In this document: positions 30,867-40,410 of the stretch, one piece after another | Layout of the letters: every line of letters starts with the position of its first letter | Numbering within the stretch: position 1 is the stretch's first letter | Position numbers and translations under genes: made by a program | From: Candidatus Bathyarchaeota archaeon | Lineage (GTDB): Archaea; Thermoproteota; Bathyarchaeia; TCS64 | Direction of reading: 5' to 3' | NCBI GenBank assembly: GCA_963769425.1 | Contig: CAVYLP010000004.1 | Location: 160,001-224,000 of the forward strand | Length of the DNA: 64,000 nt | The notes under the pieces: model-generated | Told to the model about the DNA's origin: nothing | What the model saw: only the letters and a program-made list of their open reading frames with translations | Databases searched by the model: none

Positions 30867-31709
30867 ATGGCTGAAACAATGAGAGTGCACGGGTACTCAA
30901 GGGAGGATCTCATGAAGATGGATGTAGGCTCTCTGAGGGCAGTGCTGCACGAGAGAACGCACCACGGTATCGAAGTTCACCTCTACAGGATCCTTAAGGG
31001 CAAAATGGAGAAGCCAAAGGAATACGGCGCCCAGGCAAAATACATTCTAGGGTTATGGGAGGAGAGGGGACTCCCTATCGACACACCGGATATCCAATGG
31101 TGTAAGTGGAACATCGAAGCAGCGGAGAAGCTGAACAGAGGCGAAAGGGTTGAGCTCGAAACTAGTAAGCCTGAGCCCTTCACCGACGGCGAGATGCTGA
31201 CGGTGAGGAAGCTCCTATACGGGAGGAGATCTATCCGCCAGTTTAGGAATAAGCCCGTACCTGAATCGATGCTACGGGAGATCCTCTATGCGGGCCTCAT
31301 GTCTCCGCAGGGATGTAACGTCGACTCGAGGAGGTTCCTGATTCTGAGGACGCCCGAGGAATGGAAACTCGTCAGTAGCGACCTACCGGTGGAGAACTGT
31401 GTAATGATCCTTGTCCTCCAGGACACGAGGGTCTACAAGACTCTGGGGTTCGATAAACGTGCGCCGCAGAATATGCTCTATGACGCCGCAGCCGCAGCTG
31501 ACCATATCTGCCTGATGGCTCACGCTCTGGGACTGGGTGCGTGTTGGCTCACACATGGGGAAGAGACTCAGGTGAAGATTAGGCAGCACTTTGGTCTGGA
31601 CGAGGGTATCGTGAGTCGACTCCACATAATTGTGGGGTGGCCGGATGAGGCCCCTGTGAAGTCTCTTAGAATGAGCCTAGATGATGCAATAATTGAGACT
31701 CGAAAATAG
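30867..31709 (+). CDS. nitroreductase family protein (cassette 4)
   Basis: RRSIRQF, ICLMAHALGLGACW, VGWP. Confidence 0.88.
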   Translation: MAETMRVHGYSREDLMKMDVGSLRAVLHERTHHGIEVHLYRILKGKMEKPKEYGAQAKYILGLWEERGLPIDTPDIQWCKWNIEAAEKLNRGERVELETSKPEPFTDGEMLTVRKLLYGRRSIRQFRNKPVPESMLREILYAGLMSPQGCNVDSRRFLILRTPEEWKLVSSDLPVENCVMILVLQDTRVYKTLGFDKRAPQNMLYDAAAAADHICLMAHALGLGACWLTHGEETQVKIRQHFGLDEGIVSRLHIIVGWPDEAPVKSLRMSLDDAIIETRK

Positions 31710-31761
31710 TCCAAACAACTCGTGGGACGTTGATTGGAGAAAGGAAATTCATCATTATAAT

Positions 31762-31801
31762 TCACTGTTGACTACCAGGTGTAAGTGAGGATAAGACTAT
31801 T
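31762..31801. repeat. cassette repeat copy D (left half only)
   Basis: TCACTGTTGACTACCAGGTGTAAGTGAGGATAAGACTATT, then similarity stops. Confidence 0.82.
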
Positions 31802-31930
31802 GAATTTGAAGTGGCAGGATTTCCATTAATTTTGAATAATGAATTCTATTTTAAAAAAAGGTAAAATCAAATTACCTATCTTTGGTAATGGTGTGAAAAA
31901 ATGAAGAATCTCAGATGAAAACCTACTAAA

Positions 31931-32908
31931 TCACCTGACATAGTCGTCAAATTTCCAGTAGTGCTCTTCTTCCTGCATCACTATGTCTTCGAACATTCGC
32001 CTTGTCAAGGTGTCTCCCTTCTTCATCGCCTCCACTATGATACTTCTGTAGAGGACGATAGCATCATTCTCCGCGGCGTGATCGAGCATGAGGAAGTCGT
32101 CTGGGGTGTCACCCACCTTGGGTAGCGGATCAGGGAGCCCAACCGCCTCTCCCTCGAGGAGGTATATCCTCTCCGAGATCTTCTCCAGGTGGTCCATCTC
32201 CTGCATGAAGACGGGTTTGAGTAGTTCGCTCACAGCCTTCGCCTTGTTGTTGTCTGTGACTACCTCGAGGGGTGTCTCCTTCACCCTCAGCTTCAGATAT
32301 GCGGCCTTCTCGTGCTGGTTCGTATACTGGATGATGGCCATGATCTCGCTTGCGACGGCCTTGTTGAGGAGGGCAAAGTAGTCATCTGTGAAGACCTTCC
32401 TCCACTCACTTAGCTTGATGGTCTCCTTCTGGGACTCATCCTGCATGTGGGTGTATTCCTGGAACTTGAAGAGGTGCCCCTCCTCTTCTCCGTAGATCTT
32501 CTCGAAGAGTTCACGGGTCTCATAGTCACCATTCTCAATGGTTGCCTCGAGGATCTGCCTGTAGAGGACGAGGGCCTCTTCCTCCGCTGCGACACCCAGT
32601 CTCGCGAACTCGCTGAGTGAGTCTCCGACGATTGGTTTTTTCGCCTTGGTCGTCGCTTGGCCGCCGAGGTAGTATATCCTCTCCATGATGGAGGCGGCGT
32701 GCTTCATCTCTTGGATGCCTATCTCGCGTAGGAACTTGCCCACGGCATCGTACGTCGTCTTGTCGAGGAGGACGTTCTCGGGGAGCTTCTTCCTCATCAG
32801 CTTCTCCATCTTAGCGTGCTGGAGGAGGTACTGAATGCTCACCTGTATCTCCCTCTCGATTGCTCCGTTGAGCAGATCTATGTACTCTGGCGTTATCTTG
32901 ACAGCCAT
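31931..32908 (-). CDS. tandem two-domain ferritin-like (bacterioferritin-type) protein
   Basis: two repeats of LLN.A...E...IQY..QH, EM.H...I.ERIY.L, EE.H. Confidence 0.85.
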   Translation of the reverse strand: MAVKITPEYIDLLNGAIEREIQVSIQYLLQHAKMEKLMRKKLPENVLLDKTTYDAVGKFLREIGIQEMKHAASIMERIYYLGGQATTKAKKPIVGDSLSEFARLGVAAEEEALVLYRQILEATIENGDYETRELFEKIYGEEEGHLFKFQEYTHMQDESQKETIKLSEWRKVFTDDYFALLNKAVASEIMAIIQYTNQHEKAAYLKLRVKETPLEVVTDNNKAKAVSELLKPVFMQEMDHLEKISERIYLLEGEAVGLPDPLPKVGDTPDDFLMLDHAAENDAIVLYRSIIVEAMKKGDTLTRRMFEDIVMQEEEHYWKFDDYVR

Positions 32909-33039
32909 TCTTCACAACCTTCTGAATAGTTTTAGGAAGCAAGGGATATTAATAATTCGGGTATTGTGGTGGGAAAATTGGCTAAAAATACATATTATTT
33001 AGTGACAATAATTTCCCTCGTGTTTCCAAGACTTTTTAA

Positions 33040-33603
33040 GTGAAAAATGGCAGAGCAAATGATTACATGCCCCAACTAGGCCTGACAATTCCTTCAGTTC
33101 TGACGATTGGAATAGTCCTGGTATGGCTGGCGTTGATGCTGGCCTATAGCCCCCTGGCGGACAGAATAGCGTCGCGGCTGGTAGGTAAGCCACCGACCCT
33201 CGACGTTTTCAGGGTGCTCCAGCAATCGAGGGGCAAGCTCGTAGCCGGAATCGCGGTAGCCTGGATCCTCAGCTTCGTGGAGGAGTTCGTTTTTCGGGGT
33301 GTCATCCTACTTTGGATTGTGGACTTATTGTTGCCCCTACTCGTTGAATCGACTGCAATCGGAATCGCGGTTTGTATCACGGCTGTTGGGGCGGGCGTCA
33401 TACACCTCTACCAAGGCCCGCGAGCAGCAGTCATCGTGACTCAGCTCTCGGTTCTATTCGGGCTACTCTTTGTCCTGAGTGGCTACAACTTGTGGGCCGT
33501 CGTGTTATGTCACGGGCTTTACGATACAATCGCGTTCATCAGGTTCGCGAACAAGAAATCAAAGTATTCGAACCTCAACGAGGCCAATAACCAAAGTGCC
33601 TAG
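33040..33603 (+). CDS. CPBP (CAAX-type) intramembrane protease, possibly 5'-truncated
   Basis: EEFVFRG, HLYQG, LCHGLYD. Confidence 0.8.
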   Translation: MKNGRANDYMPQLGLTIPSVLTIGIVLVWLALMLAYSPLADRIASRLVGKPPTLDVFRVLQQSRGKLVAGIAVAWILSFVEEFVFRGVILLWIVDLLLPLLVESTAIGIAVCITAVGAGVIHLYQGPRAAVIVTQLSVLFGLLFVLSGYNLWAVVLCHGLYDTIAFIRFANKKSKYSNLNEANNQSA

Positions 33604-33660
33604 TCGGCCTTATCCTCGTTGGATTTGAAAAATGGTTTTTTGATTAGTACTCGTAGGATC

Positions 33661-34539
33661 CTAGGGCTTTGGGAGGCCGAGCATCTTCCTTGCCTCGTCG
33701 GGCTTCGCCACCTCGATATTGAGCGCCTCCGCGATGGTGACGATCCTCTTCACGAGGTCTGCGTTGCTCTTCGCCAACTCGCCATGCCGGATGTAAATGT
33801 TGTCCTCGAAGCCGACGCGGACGTGGCCGCCGAGAGTCATGGCAAACGCGCCCATTGGGAGTTGGGTCCTCCCCAGCGAGCAGACACTCCAGGTCCAGTT
33901 TGGTGGGAGTTGCTCCACGCCGTAGAGGAGCGCCTTCGGGTTCGGAGACCACCCTGTAGTTCCAATCATCACGAACTGCACGTGTAGGGGTTCCTTGAGC
34001 ACGCTGTCCTTGACGAGCATCTTCGTCGCATTAATCATACCGGTGTCGTAGAACTCGAGCTCCGGCTTGATGCCCGCCTCATACATGTACCCCACCCAAC
34101 GCCTGATTCTGGGTATCTCATTCATGAAGACGTTCTCGTAGGGGGGCGTCCAAAGGTTGATGGTCCCCATGTTGAGGCTCATCATCTCCGCGCCGAGGCC
34201 ACACCTCTCCTTGACCATCTCGTCGAGCTTCTCCCCCGTCGTCGGGCGTGCGCCCCCAGTCGTCATGTTGATGATGATGTCGCAGCGATCCTTGATCATC
34301 TTCGCGTATTGCTTGAAGTAGGGGTTTGGGTCCGCTGCTGGTTTACCCGTTACAGGGTCTTTCGCGTGTAGGTGTACGATGGAGGCCCCCGCCTCCCAAC
34401 ACTTGTAGGTCTCCTCCGCTATCTCCTCGGGGGAGCTCGGAACGTAGGGGGTCATCCCCTTGTGCACTGGCTCCCCGCCGGTCAGAGCCGCCGTGATAAT
34501 CATCTTCGCCATAAAGAGTCTATATACCATGTCGCTCAA
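33661..34539 (-). CDS. 3-keto-5-aminohexanoate cleavage enzyme family (BKACE)
   Basis: IITAALTG, AGASIVHLH, KPELE, GGHVRVGFEDN. Confidence 0.9.
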   Translation of the reverse strand: MSDMVYRLFMAKMIITAALTGGEPVHKGMTPYVPSSPEEIAEETYKCWEAGASIVHLHAKDPVTGKPAADPNPYFKQYAKMIKDRCDIIINMTTGGARPTTGEKLDEMVKERCGLGAEMMSLNMGTINLWTPPYENVFMNEIPRIRRWVGYMYEAGIKPELEFYDTGMINATKMLVKDSVLKEPLHVQFVMIGTTGWSPNPKALLYGVEQLPPNWTWSVCSLGRTQLPMGAFAMTLGGHVRVGFEDNIYIRHGELAKSNADLVKRIVTIAEALNIEVAKPDEARKMLGLPKP

Positions 34540-34633
34540 CCAATTTTAACGGTTGCGAGTCGAGCACCCCGAAATGGGACAAAAACCCGAAGTACCCCGT
34601 AACCTTTAGACGCCCAGCGACCTTACACCCCAC

Positions 34634-35047
34634 GTGAAATTTAACGCACTGGTGCCCGAGCTGAGTGTCTCAAACCTCCAACGGAGCCGAGCCTTCTACA
34701 TAGACATACTAGGGTTCAAGGTCGAGTACGAGCGTCCCGCGAACAAGTTCATGTACCTAAGCTTTCAAGGCTCGCAGATCATGATCGAGGAGACGAACGG
34801 ACACTGGGCGACGGGTGATTTAACGCAACCCTACGGTCGGGGCATCAACTTCCAGTTCACGGTAGAGAACGTGAATGCCCTTATCGAATCACTACACGCA
34901 AACGGAATCCCACTCTTCCGCCCATTAACCGAGAGCTGGTACAGGGGTGGAGACACGCTATACGGGCTGAACGAATTTCTCGTCCAAGACCCCGACGGGT
35001 ACCTTCTCAGGTTTGCGCAGGACATAGGAAGCAAAACCGCGAAGTAG
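34634..35047 (+). CDS. VOC/glyoxalase family protein
   Basis: LVPELSV, FY..ILGF, EFLVQDPDGYLLRF. Confidence 0.88.
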   Translation: MKFNALVPELSVSNLQRSRAFYIDILGFKVEYERPANKFMYLSFQGSQIMIEETNGHWATGDLTQPYGRGINFQFTVENVNALIESLHANGIPLFRPLTESWYRGGDTLYGLNEFLVQDPDGYLLRFAQDIGSKTAK

Positions 35048-35157
35048 CGCTCGTATCCAAGGCGTAGAAGATTGAAGAGCAATTCCCATTGTTAACATGT
35101 GAACCGGTCTTCTCGCTATCGCCGCCCTTTTCAACGAGAAACACAATCAGGTACAGC

Positions 35158-35790
35158 ATGCCAATCCGTGTGGTCAGCTTCGACATGGAGGGTACCCTCG
35201 TCGACCACGCCTACAGCAAGCAGATATGGGAGGGGGATATCCCCGCTCTCTACGCCGAGGCGCACGGCCTACCCCTTGAAGAGGCGCGTAGGCGCGTCCT
35301 CGCCGAGTACGCTGAGGTGGGCGAGGGGCAACCGGAGTGGTATGATGTGGGCTACTGGTGGAAGCGTCTCGGCCTCCCCCACTACTGGCGGGACCTCCCT
35401 AAGAGGCGCAAGGAGGAGTGCAACGTCTACCCCGATGTCCCCAATGCACTTGCGCGCCTCGGGAAGCGCTACCCCCTCATAGTCTGCAGCAACACCATCA
35501 GGGAGTTCCTCAAGATACAGCTCGAGTGCATAGACTACCCCTTCAGCAGGGTTTTTTCCGCCCCCACCGACTTCCGTGCCGTCAAGAAGGCCCCAGACTT
35601 CTACCAGCGCGTCTGTGAGGTACTCGAAATCGAGCCCACAGAGCTAGCCCACGTGGGGGACCACGCCGAGTTCGACTACCGGGCACCAAAGCAGCTTGGC
35701 GTCAAGGCTTACCACCTAGACAGGTCAGGGGAACTGAACGGTGAGGACGTGGTACACGACCTCAACGAGTTCGCGGGGCGCTTACTCTAG
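35158..35790 (+). CDS. HAD-superfamily hydrolase
   Basis: SFDMEGTL, KKAP, HVGD. Confidence 0.85.
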   Translation: MPIRVVSFDMEGTLVDHAYSKQIWEGDIPALYAEAHGLPLEEARRRVLAEYAEVGEGQPEWYDVGYWWKRLGLPHYWRDLPKRRKEECNVYPDVPNALARLGKRYPLIVCSNTIREFLKIQLECIDYPFSRVFSAPTDFRAVKKAPDFYQRVCEVLEIEPTELAHVGDHAEFDYRAPKQLGVKAYHLDRSGELNGEDVVHDLNEFAGRLL

Positions 35791-36459
35791 CCCCATCGCC
35801 TTCTCGTACTCGTATACAAGGCGCGAGGTCACCACCCAGGCTTCCAACGCCTCCGGGTAGATGCTCACCGACTCGTCCGCTTCCTTGAGGGTCTCCTCCC
35901 TCATCGGGCCGTTCGGGTAGGCCCCGAGGAATACGAGCGGGTTGGGCTCAGTCGCTAGGTCCATGCAGAGGTCGCTGAGCCTTCTCGCCTTCCCGTGACT
36001 CGTCAGGGCAACCGTACGGCTTGGGTTCACGCCCTTCTTCACATCACTGAGGCTCTTCCGGGACAGGGTGATCAACGGGTCCCCATCCGGCGGGACGCGC
36101 TTTACCGCGAACAGCTGCTCGATCAGGCTCCTAAACCTGTAGCAGTCGCGGGGCAGCCTCAGCTCCGGGGAGACGTCGAGCAGGTCACTGTTCAGGGTGT
36201 GGACGATTAGCTTAAGCTTCCCCGCCTTATTTAGCGGCGACCCCAGTGCTTCAAGCAAGCAGAAGTGGATAATATCCGGTCTCCCCCTCTTCTCCGCCTC
36301 CGGTAGGCTCAGCATTGCATGGTGGTGGAGGCTCCTATCCAGCAGGACTTCCTCCGGGTTCTTTCCCTCTCTCTTCGCATTCCGCGTCACAGATGGATGG
36401 CGGGCGATTTTGCGCGGGACGAGCTCTAGCGAGGCTTCGACGAAGAGAAGGTTGAGCAT
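35782..36459 (-). CDS. nep1: 16S rRNA pseudouridine N1-methyltransferase Nep1/EMG1
   Basis: EASLELVP, KRGRPDIIH, SPLN, RLPR. Confidence 0.9.
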   Translation of the reverse strand: MLNLLFVEASLELVPRKIARHPSVTRNAKREGKNPEEVLLDRSLHHHAMLSLPEAEKRGRPDIIHFCLLEALGSPLNKAGKLKLIVHTLNSDLLDVSPELRLPRDCYRFRSLIEQLFAVKRVPPDGDPLITLSRKSLSDVKKGVNPSRTVALTSHGKARRLSDLCMDLATEPNPLVFLGAYPNGPMREETLKEADESVSIYPEALEAWVVTSRLVYEYEKAMGLE

Positions 36460-36497
36460 ATCTAGGAGAAAGAGAAGGCCCCCGGATAATAACCGTA

Positions 36498-36692
36498 TCA
36501 GACCTCAACTGTGCATGCGCCGTAGGGGCAACCGTTCACGCAGGCCATACACATTATGCAGTCCTGCGCCCTCGTAGGCTGCGCCTTCTGTTTTCCGTTG
36601 ATCTCGACCATGTCATAGACATTCATCGGGCATACCTGGGCGCAGACACCGGCTCCTTCACACTTCGCTAAATCGACTTTAACGTCTGGCAT
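36498..36692 (-). CDS. ferredoxin
   Basis: CEGAGVCAQVCP and CIMCMACVNGCP. Confidence 0.88.
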   Translation of the reverse strand: MPDVKVDLAKCEGAGVCAQVCPMNVYDMVEINGKQKAQPTRAQDCIMCMACVNGCPYGACTVEV

Positions 36693-36789
36693 ATCATCAC
36701 GATGGTCACAACCCAAGCCTCCTTTGTAATCTCGACAAACTTCAGAATCTTCAATAGGTTAACTGAAGTTATACGGGTAGGTGTTTGGC

Positions 36790-37020
36790 TTGGCTGAGGA
36801 GTTCACACTAGCCCCTATGAGGAGGCTCATCAAGAAGCAGGGGGACCTCCGGATTAGCGAGGAGGCCGCTGAGGAGATGAGGCGCGCAGTTGGGGAGCTG
36901 GCGGAGAGGATCGCCGAGGCCGCAGCCGAGAATGCGATGAGGGATAATCGGAAGACTGTTTTAGAAAGAGATATCAGGGCCGCTCGTCTCAACGCATTGG
37001 ACAAGGCGCGTGGAATTTGA
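36790..37020 (+). CDS. archaeal histone
   Basis: APMRRLIK..RIS..A..RKTVLERDI histone fold. Confidence 0.88.
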   Translation: MAEEFTLAPMRRLIKKQGDLRISEEAAEEMRRAVGELAERIAEAAAENAMRDNRKTVLERDIRAARLNALDKARGI

Positions 37021-37631
37021 CTGAGACTCAGCCCAAGCGGAGGGGCTTAACAGGTGCATTCTTCGGGAAGTACTCGGATTATGCGCGGGGCCTTAGACCC
37101 ATCTTCCTCATCTGTTGTTTCCTCTTCGTCTTTAGTCTAATGATGGGCTACGCCCTTGGGGGAAACATGAACGGTAACGCGCTGCAGGACCTACTCGGTA
37201 CTTTTCCAGATATCAACAGCATGACCTTGCCGGAGCTCTTCGCCTTCATCGCAGCCAACAACACGTTCAAGAGCCTCCTCTTCATGTTCGGTGGACTCCT
37301 CGGTGGTGTACTCCCCCTCTTCTTCGTCATCTTTAATGGATTCACCGTCGGGTGGGTAGCCTATGATGTTGGTACTACCCAGGGGCTAGGCTACGCCATC
37401 GCTGGGCTAACACCTCATGGTGTGGTCGAAATACCCGCGATACTCCTTGCAATGGCTATGGGGATGAGTATAGGCTACACGATGCTAAACAGCCTCAGGG
37501 GGCAGGGGAACGTCGTTAAGGAGTTGAAAAATGCGTTCGGTTTCTTCGTAACACGAGTGTTCCCGCTACTAATCCTCGCGGCGTTGATTGAAGTCATCGT
37601 GACGCCCATCGTCATAGTCCTCTTTGGTTAG
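37017..37631 (+). CDS. SpoIIM/DUF95 family membrane protein
   Basis: FIAANN, NGF.VG, PHGVVEIPA, AALIE. Confidence 0.85.
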   Translation: MTETQPKRRGLTGAFFGKYSDYARGLRPIFLICCFLFVFSLMMGYALGGNMNGNALQDLLGTFPDINSMTLPELFAFIAANNTFKSLLFMFGGLLGGVLPLFFVIFNGFTVGWVAYDVGTTQGLGYAIAGLTPHGVVEIPAILLAMAMGMSIGYTMLNSLRGQGNVVKELKNAFGFFVTRVFPLLILAALIEVIVTPIVIVLFG

Positions 37632-37668
37632 GCCTAATCTTTTAGTTAGCCTGGTTGTAGTTTAGGGC

Positions 37669-38127
37669 ATGATCGTTAGAAACGGACACAAGTTCAACTG
37701 CTGCGAGAGCGTCTTGTTGATGGTTAATGAAAAATTCCCTCTCCCAGGTTACGATTTAGCTACCCTCAGGGTGGCTTCAAACCTCGGGGGTGGCGTAGCA
37801 GGTTGGGGCGACATGTGTGGCGCCCTTATTGGAGGCGTAATGGCGGTAGGGCTTATCTACGGGACTAACGGTGATGAATCCCTCCAGAAATTCGATGATA
37901 TGCGAATCGCAGAGCGCAAGATGACGCAAGAAATCATCAGGGAGTTCAAGGTGAGATGGGGGAACGTTGGTTGTTGTAGTCTACTAGGTTGTGAGGGCTG
38001 TACCCCAGAAGAGCGGGCAAAGCGAGGCGAAGATCTCCGAGCGAGGGGCGAGTCCCACTGCGATGACTATGTTGACTGGGTTGCTGAGAAGACCTTGAAT
38101 ATAATAAGGAAAAATGCTGTAAAATGA
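37669..38127 (+). CDS. C_GCAxxG_C_C family redox protein
   Basis: NCCESV, LGGG, MCGALIGG, late cysteines. Confidence 0.82.
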   Translation: MIVRNGHKFNCCESVLLMVNEKFPLPGYDLATLRVASNLGGGVAGWGDMCGALIGGVMAVGLIYGTNGDESLQKFDDMRIAERKMTQEIIREFKVRWGNVGCCSLLGCEGCTPEERAKRGEDLRARGESHCDDYVDWVAEKTLNIIRKNAVK

Positions 38128-38198
38128 GTATATAGTAAAATTACTATCCATATTACAATTCAATAATGTATATTACCCCCCACAGTCTTCTTCGAATT

Positions 38199-38269
38199 GG
38201 CCGAGCGGCTAAAACTCAGGTCTGCCAAGTCACTCCTGAGGGTTTGTCGCAGAACTTCGCCGCTCGGCC
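38199..38269. ncRNA. long GC-rich hairpin (sRNA candidate or terminator)
   Basis: perfect 11-bp inverted repeat GGCCGAGCGGC/GCCGCTCGGCC enclosing a CTCAGG/CCTGAG stem. Confidence 0.45.
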
Positions 38270-38273
38270 GCTC

Positions 38274-38981
38274 TCAGAACCTAAGCCTCGCATCACCCAC
38301 ATAGGGGGCGACGAGGTCTCTGAACCGCTGCATCTCAGATAGGCTATAGGGCGTCACTTCCCCGCACTCTTTCGACAGGGTTGACCCCGGCTTAAAGCCC
38401 TGGAGCACGTACTTCTTCGATCCCCTCAGCGTCTCCGCAATCTCCAGGAGATCCTTTTCATCCAGTAACCCAGGTACAACGGTTGTTCTAAACTCGTAGT
38501 CTACGCCGCTCCTCCGAATGAGCTGGATGCTGTCAAGTAGCTCCTCTGGAGTAATCCTGTATCCAACTTTCTCCTGATACTTCTTCAGGGGGAACTTTAC
38601 ATCCATAGCTACATAGTCAACGAGCTTCTTTCCGAGGGCGTGGGCGAGCCTGCCGGGATGTGAGCCGTTCGTGTCGAGCTTCACTAGGCTCCCGATCGAT
38701 TTGAGTCGCCCTAGGAAAGCTGGTAATTCTCGGTGTACGGTGGGCTCTCCACCGGTTAGGCAGACTCCATCGAGGAATCCAAGCCTTGGATGGAGGAACG
38801 CGATCACTTCATCCTCGGTCACCTTCGGCATCGGGATGAAGTCAAAGATGAGCTCGGACTCTGAGCAGTAGGGGCACCTGAAGTTACAACCCGGAACGAT
38901 GAGGTTCGCACATATCTTCCCCGGGTAATCGCTTAGACTGAGCCTCTCGATCCCCACGATGGGGAGGCCTTGGCTTACCAC
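38274..38981 (-). CDS. nrdG: anaerobic ribonucleotide reductase activating radical SAM protein
   Basis: SLSDYPG, GCNFRCPYC, TGGEPT, KLDTNGS, YEFRTTVVP. Confidence 0.88.
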   Translation of the reverse strand: MVSQGLPIVGIERLSLSDYPGKICANLIVPGCNFRCPYCSESELIFDFIPMPKVTEDEVIAFLHPRLGFLDGVCLTGGEPTVHRELPAFLGRLKSIGSLVKLDTNGSHPGRLAHALGKKLVDYVAMDVKFPLKKYQEKVGYRITPEELLDSIQLIRRSGVDYEFRTTVVPGLLDEKDLLEIAETLRGSKKYVLQGFKPGSTLSKECGEVTPYSLSEMQRFRDLVAPYVGDARLRF

Positions 38982-40363
38982 CCGCTTACTACGGCGTAAG
39001 GACTGCGTAGCCTCACCTCCTCTCTCTCACCGGCTCCTAGATCAGAAACCGCTTTGTAGATGTAACCAATCCTTTCGTATTGCTCCTCACCCGAGGCTGT
39101 CGTGATACTTAACCTCGGGCTGATAGCAAAGCAGGGTACTTGTGCCCTCTCGAATATTTTTCTTACCAGAGTCTTACACTCGGACGGGTCCGTTATCCCC
39201 CTCTCTAGGAATACGTTGAAGATCGACCCGCCTGTGTACATGCCCTGAAGCTTCTTCTGGTGCTCGAGGGCGTCCCAGAGGTCGTCCGTGTAATCCACAG
39301 GGAGGCAGGTCGAGCGAGTATAGAATGGGACCTCGACACCCGATGTCTGCATCTCAGGGAACTTTTCCTTGTCCAACATGGCAAGATGATGTCCTGCATC
39401 ACCGGAAGGCTCCGCCTCGAGACAGAAACGGTGACCAGTATCCTTCTCATGCGCCTCGAGTCTGTCACGCATAGTCTCAATAATCTTGTAGGTGACCGCC
39501 TTCCCCTTCATCGATTCTATCCCTTTACCCATCAAATTTAGGAGAGCTTCATGTACTCCTACGACGACAACCGCGCCGAAAAAGTCGTCGAAGGACTCCA
39601 CAATGGAGGCTGTGGCGGGTAGACGACCTGCCTTAAGCTCCTCCTCAAGGTGGGCACGTTTAGCTTCCAGTCCTTCAACTGCCATATCAATTTGCGCTTC
39701 TATCCGTTCGAAGAAGATCTCCTCTTTGCCCGCGTCATGAGCTGCACGTGGCAGATTAGGTGTTATTGCCCCAATAACTCCCGTGTTTACACCTGAGGCG
39801 CCGCCATCCAGCCAAGGGTTCCTCAGCTCGTATCCCTCCTTGTGCTCTTTATTGATGAATATCGGTGAATTAAGAGACGAGGATGCTTCGAATATTGGGG
39901 AGTCCTCGACTGGCCAACTGTATGAGTTGGAGAGGTTAATAACTGGAGTAATGATTCGACCGCCATTTTCGCTCAAAGAAAAAACGGTTTTAAATAATTT
40001 TCCCAAGTTCTGCTCGTCTAGACCTAGGTAAAGATCCGGCGTTTTTCCTTTTATAGCGTGATCGAGGGCTCTTTTAATAAAGGGTCCGGGTCTCTCCCCA
40101 AATTTGTCTTGAATGAGGGTGGATAACCCGTTTAGCCTCAGGAAGCCATGCCACTCTTTCTCAGCTTTCTCCAGAAAGTCGTCGAGTTTATCCCACTTTT
40201 CCTCAATGCTTTGTCCTGAGTCTATACCCGTTACATTGGAGAGGTCCCAAGAAGACCAATATCCTCGATGATCATCGAATCCGTGAATGTAGAGGTCACC
40301 GACGCTATGGGCCCTAATGACCCTCGTTCCGTAAATGTGTGTAGAAGCCATCGTTGACCACAC
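38975..40363 (-). CDS. degenerate class III ribonucleotide reductase (NrdD-like)
   Basis: AH..GDLYIH, TG.IGAITPNLPR, VGVHEALLN, LEAEP, PFYT, ALEHQ..LQ..YTGG; catalytic motifs missing. Confidence 0.75.
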   Translation of the reverse strand: MWSTMASTHIYGTRVIRAHSVGDLYIHGFDDHRGYWSSWDLSNVTGIDSGQSIEEKWDKLDDFLEKAEKEWHGFLRLNGLSTLIQDKFGERPGPFIKRALDHAIKGKTPDLYLGLDEQNLGKLFKTVFSLSENGGRIITPVINLSNSYSWPVEDSPIFEASSSLNSPIFINKEHKEGYELRNPWLDGGASGVNTGVIGAITPNLPRAAHDAGKEEIFFERIEAQIDMAVEGLEAKRAHLEEELKAGRLPATASIVESFDDFFGAVVVVGVHEALLNLMGKGIESMKGKAVTYKIIETMRDRLEAHEKDTGHRFCLEAEPSGDAGHHLAMLDKEKFPEMQTSGVEVPFYTRSTCLPVDYTDDLWDALEHQKKLQGMYTGGSIFNVFLERGITDPSECKTLVRKIFERAQVPCFAISPRLSITTASGEEQYERIGYIYKAVSDLGAGEREEVRLRSPYAVVSGW

Positions 40364-40410
40364 ACCACTAAGCCCTCCGAGATTTATAGCTAATGTAAGA
40401 ATACGAATCG

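Noticed and set aside
33609-33617. Inverted GAGGATAAG core after the CPBP gene
   Set aside because: Only 9 bp with no flanking similarity to the cassette repeat, so it may be chance.
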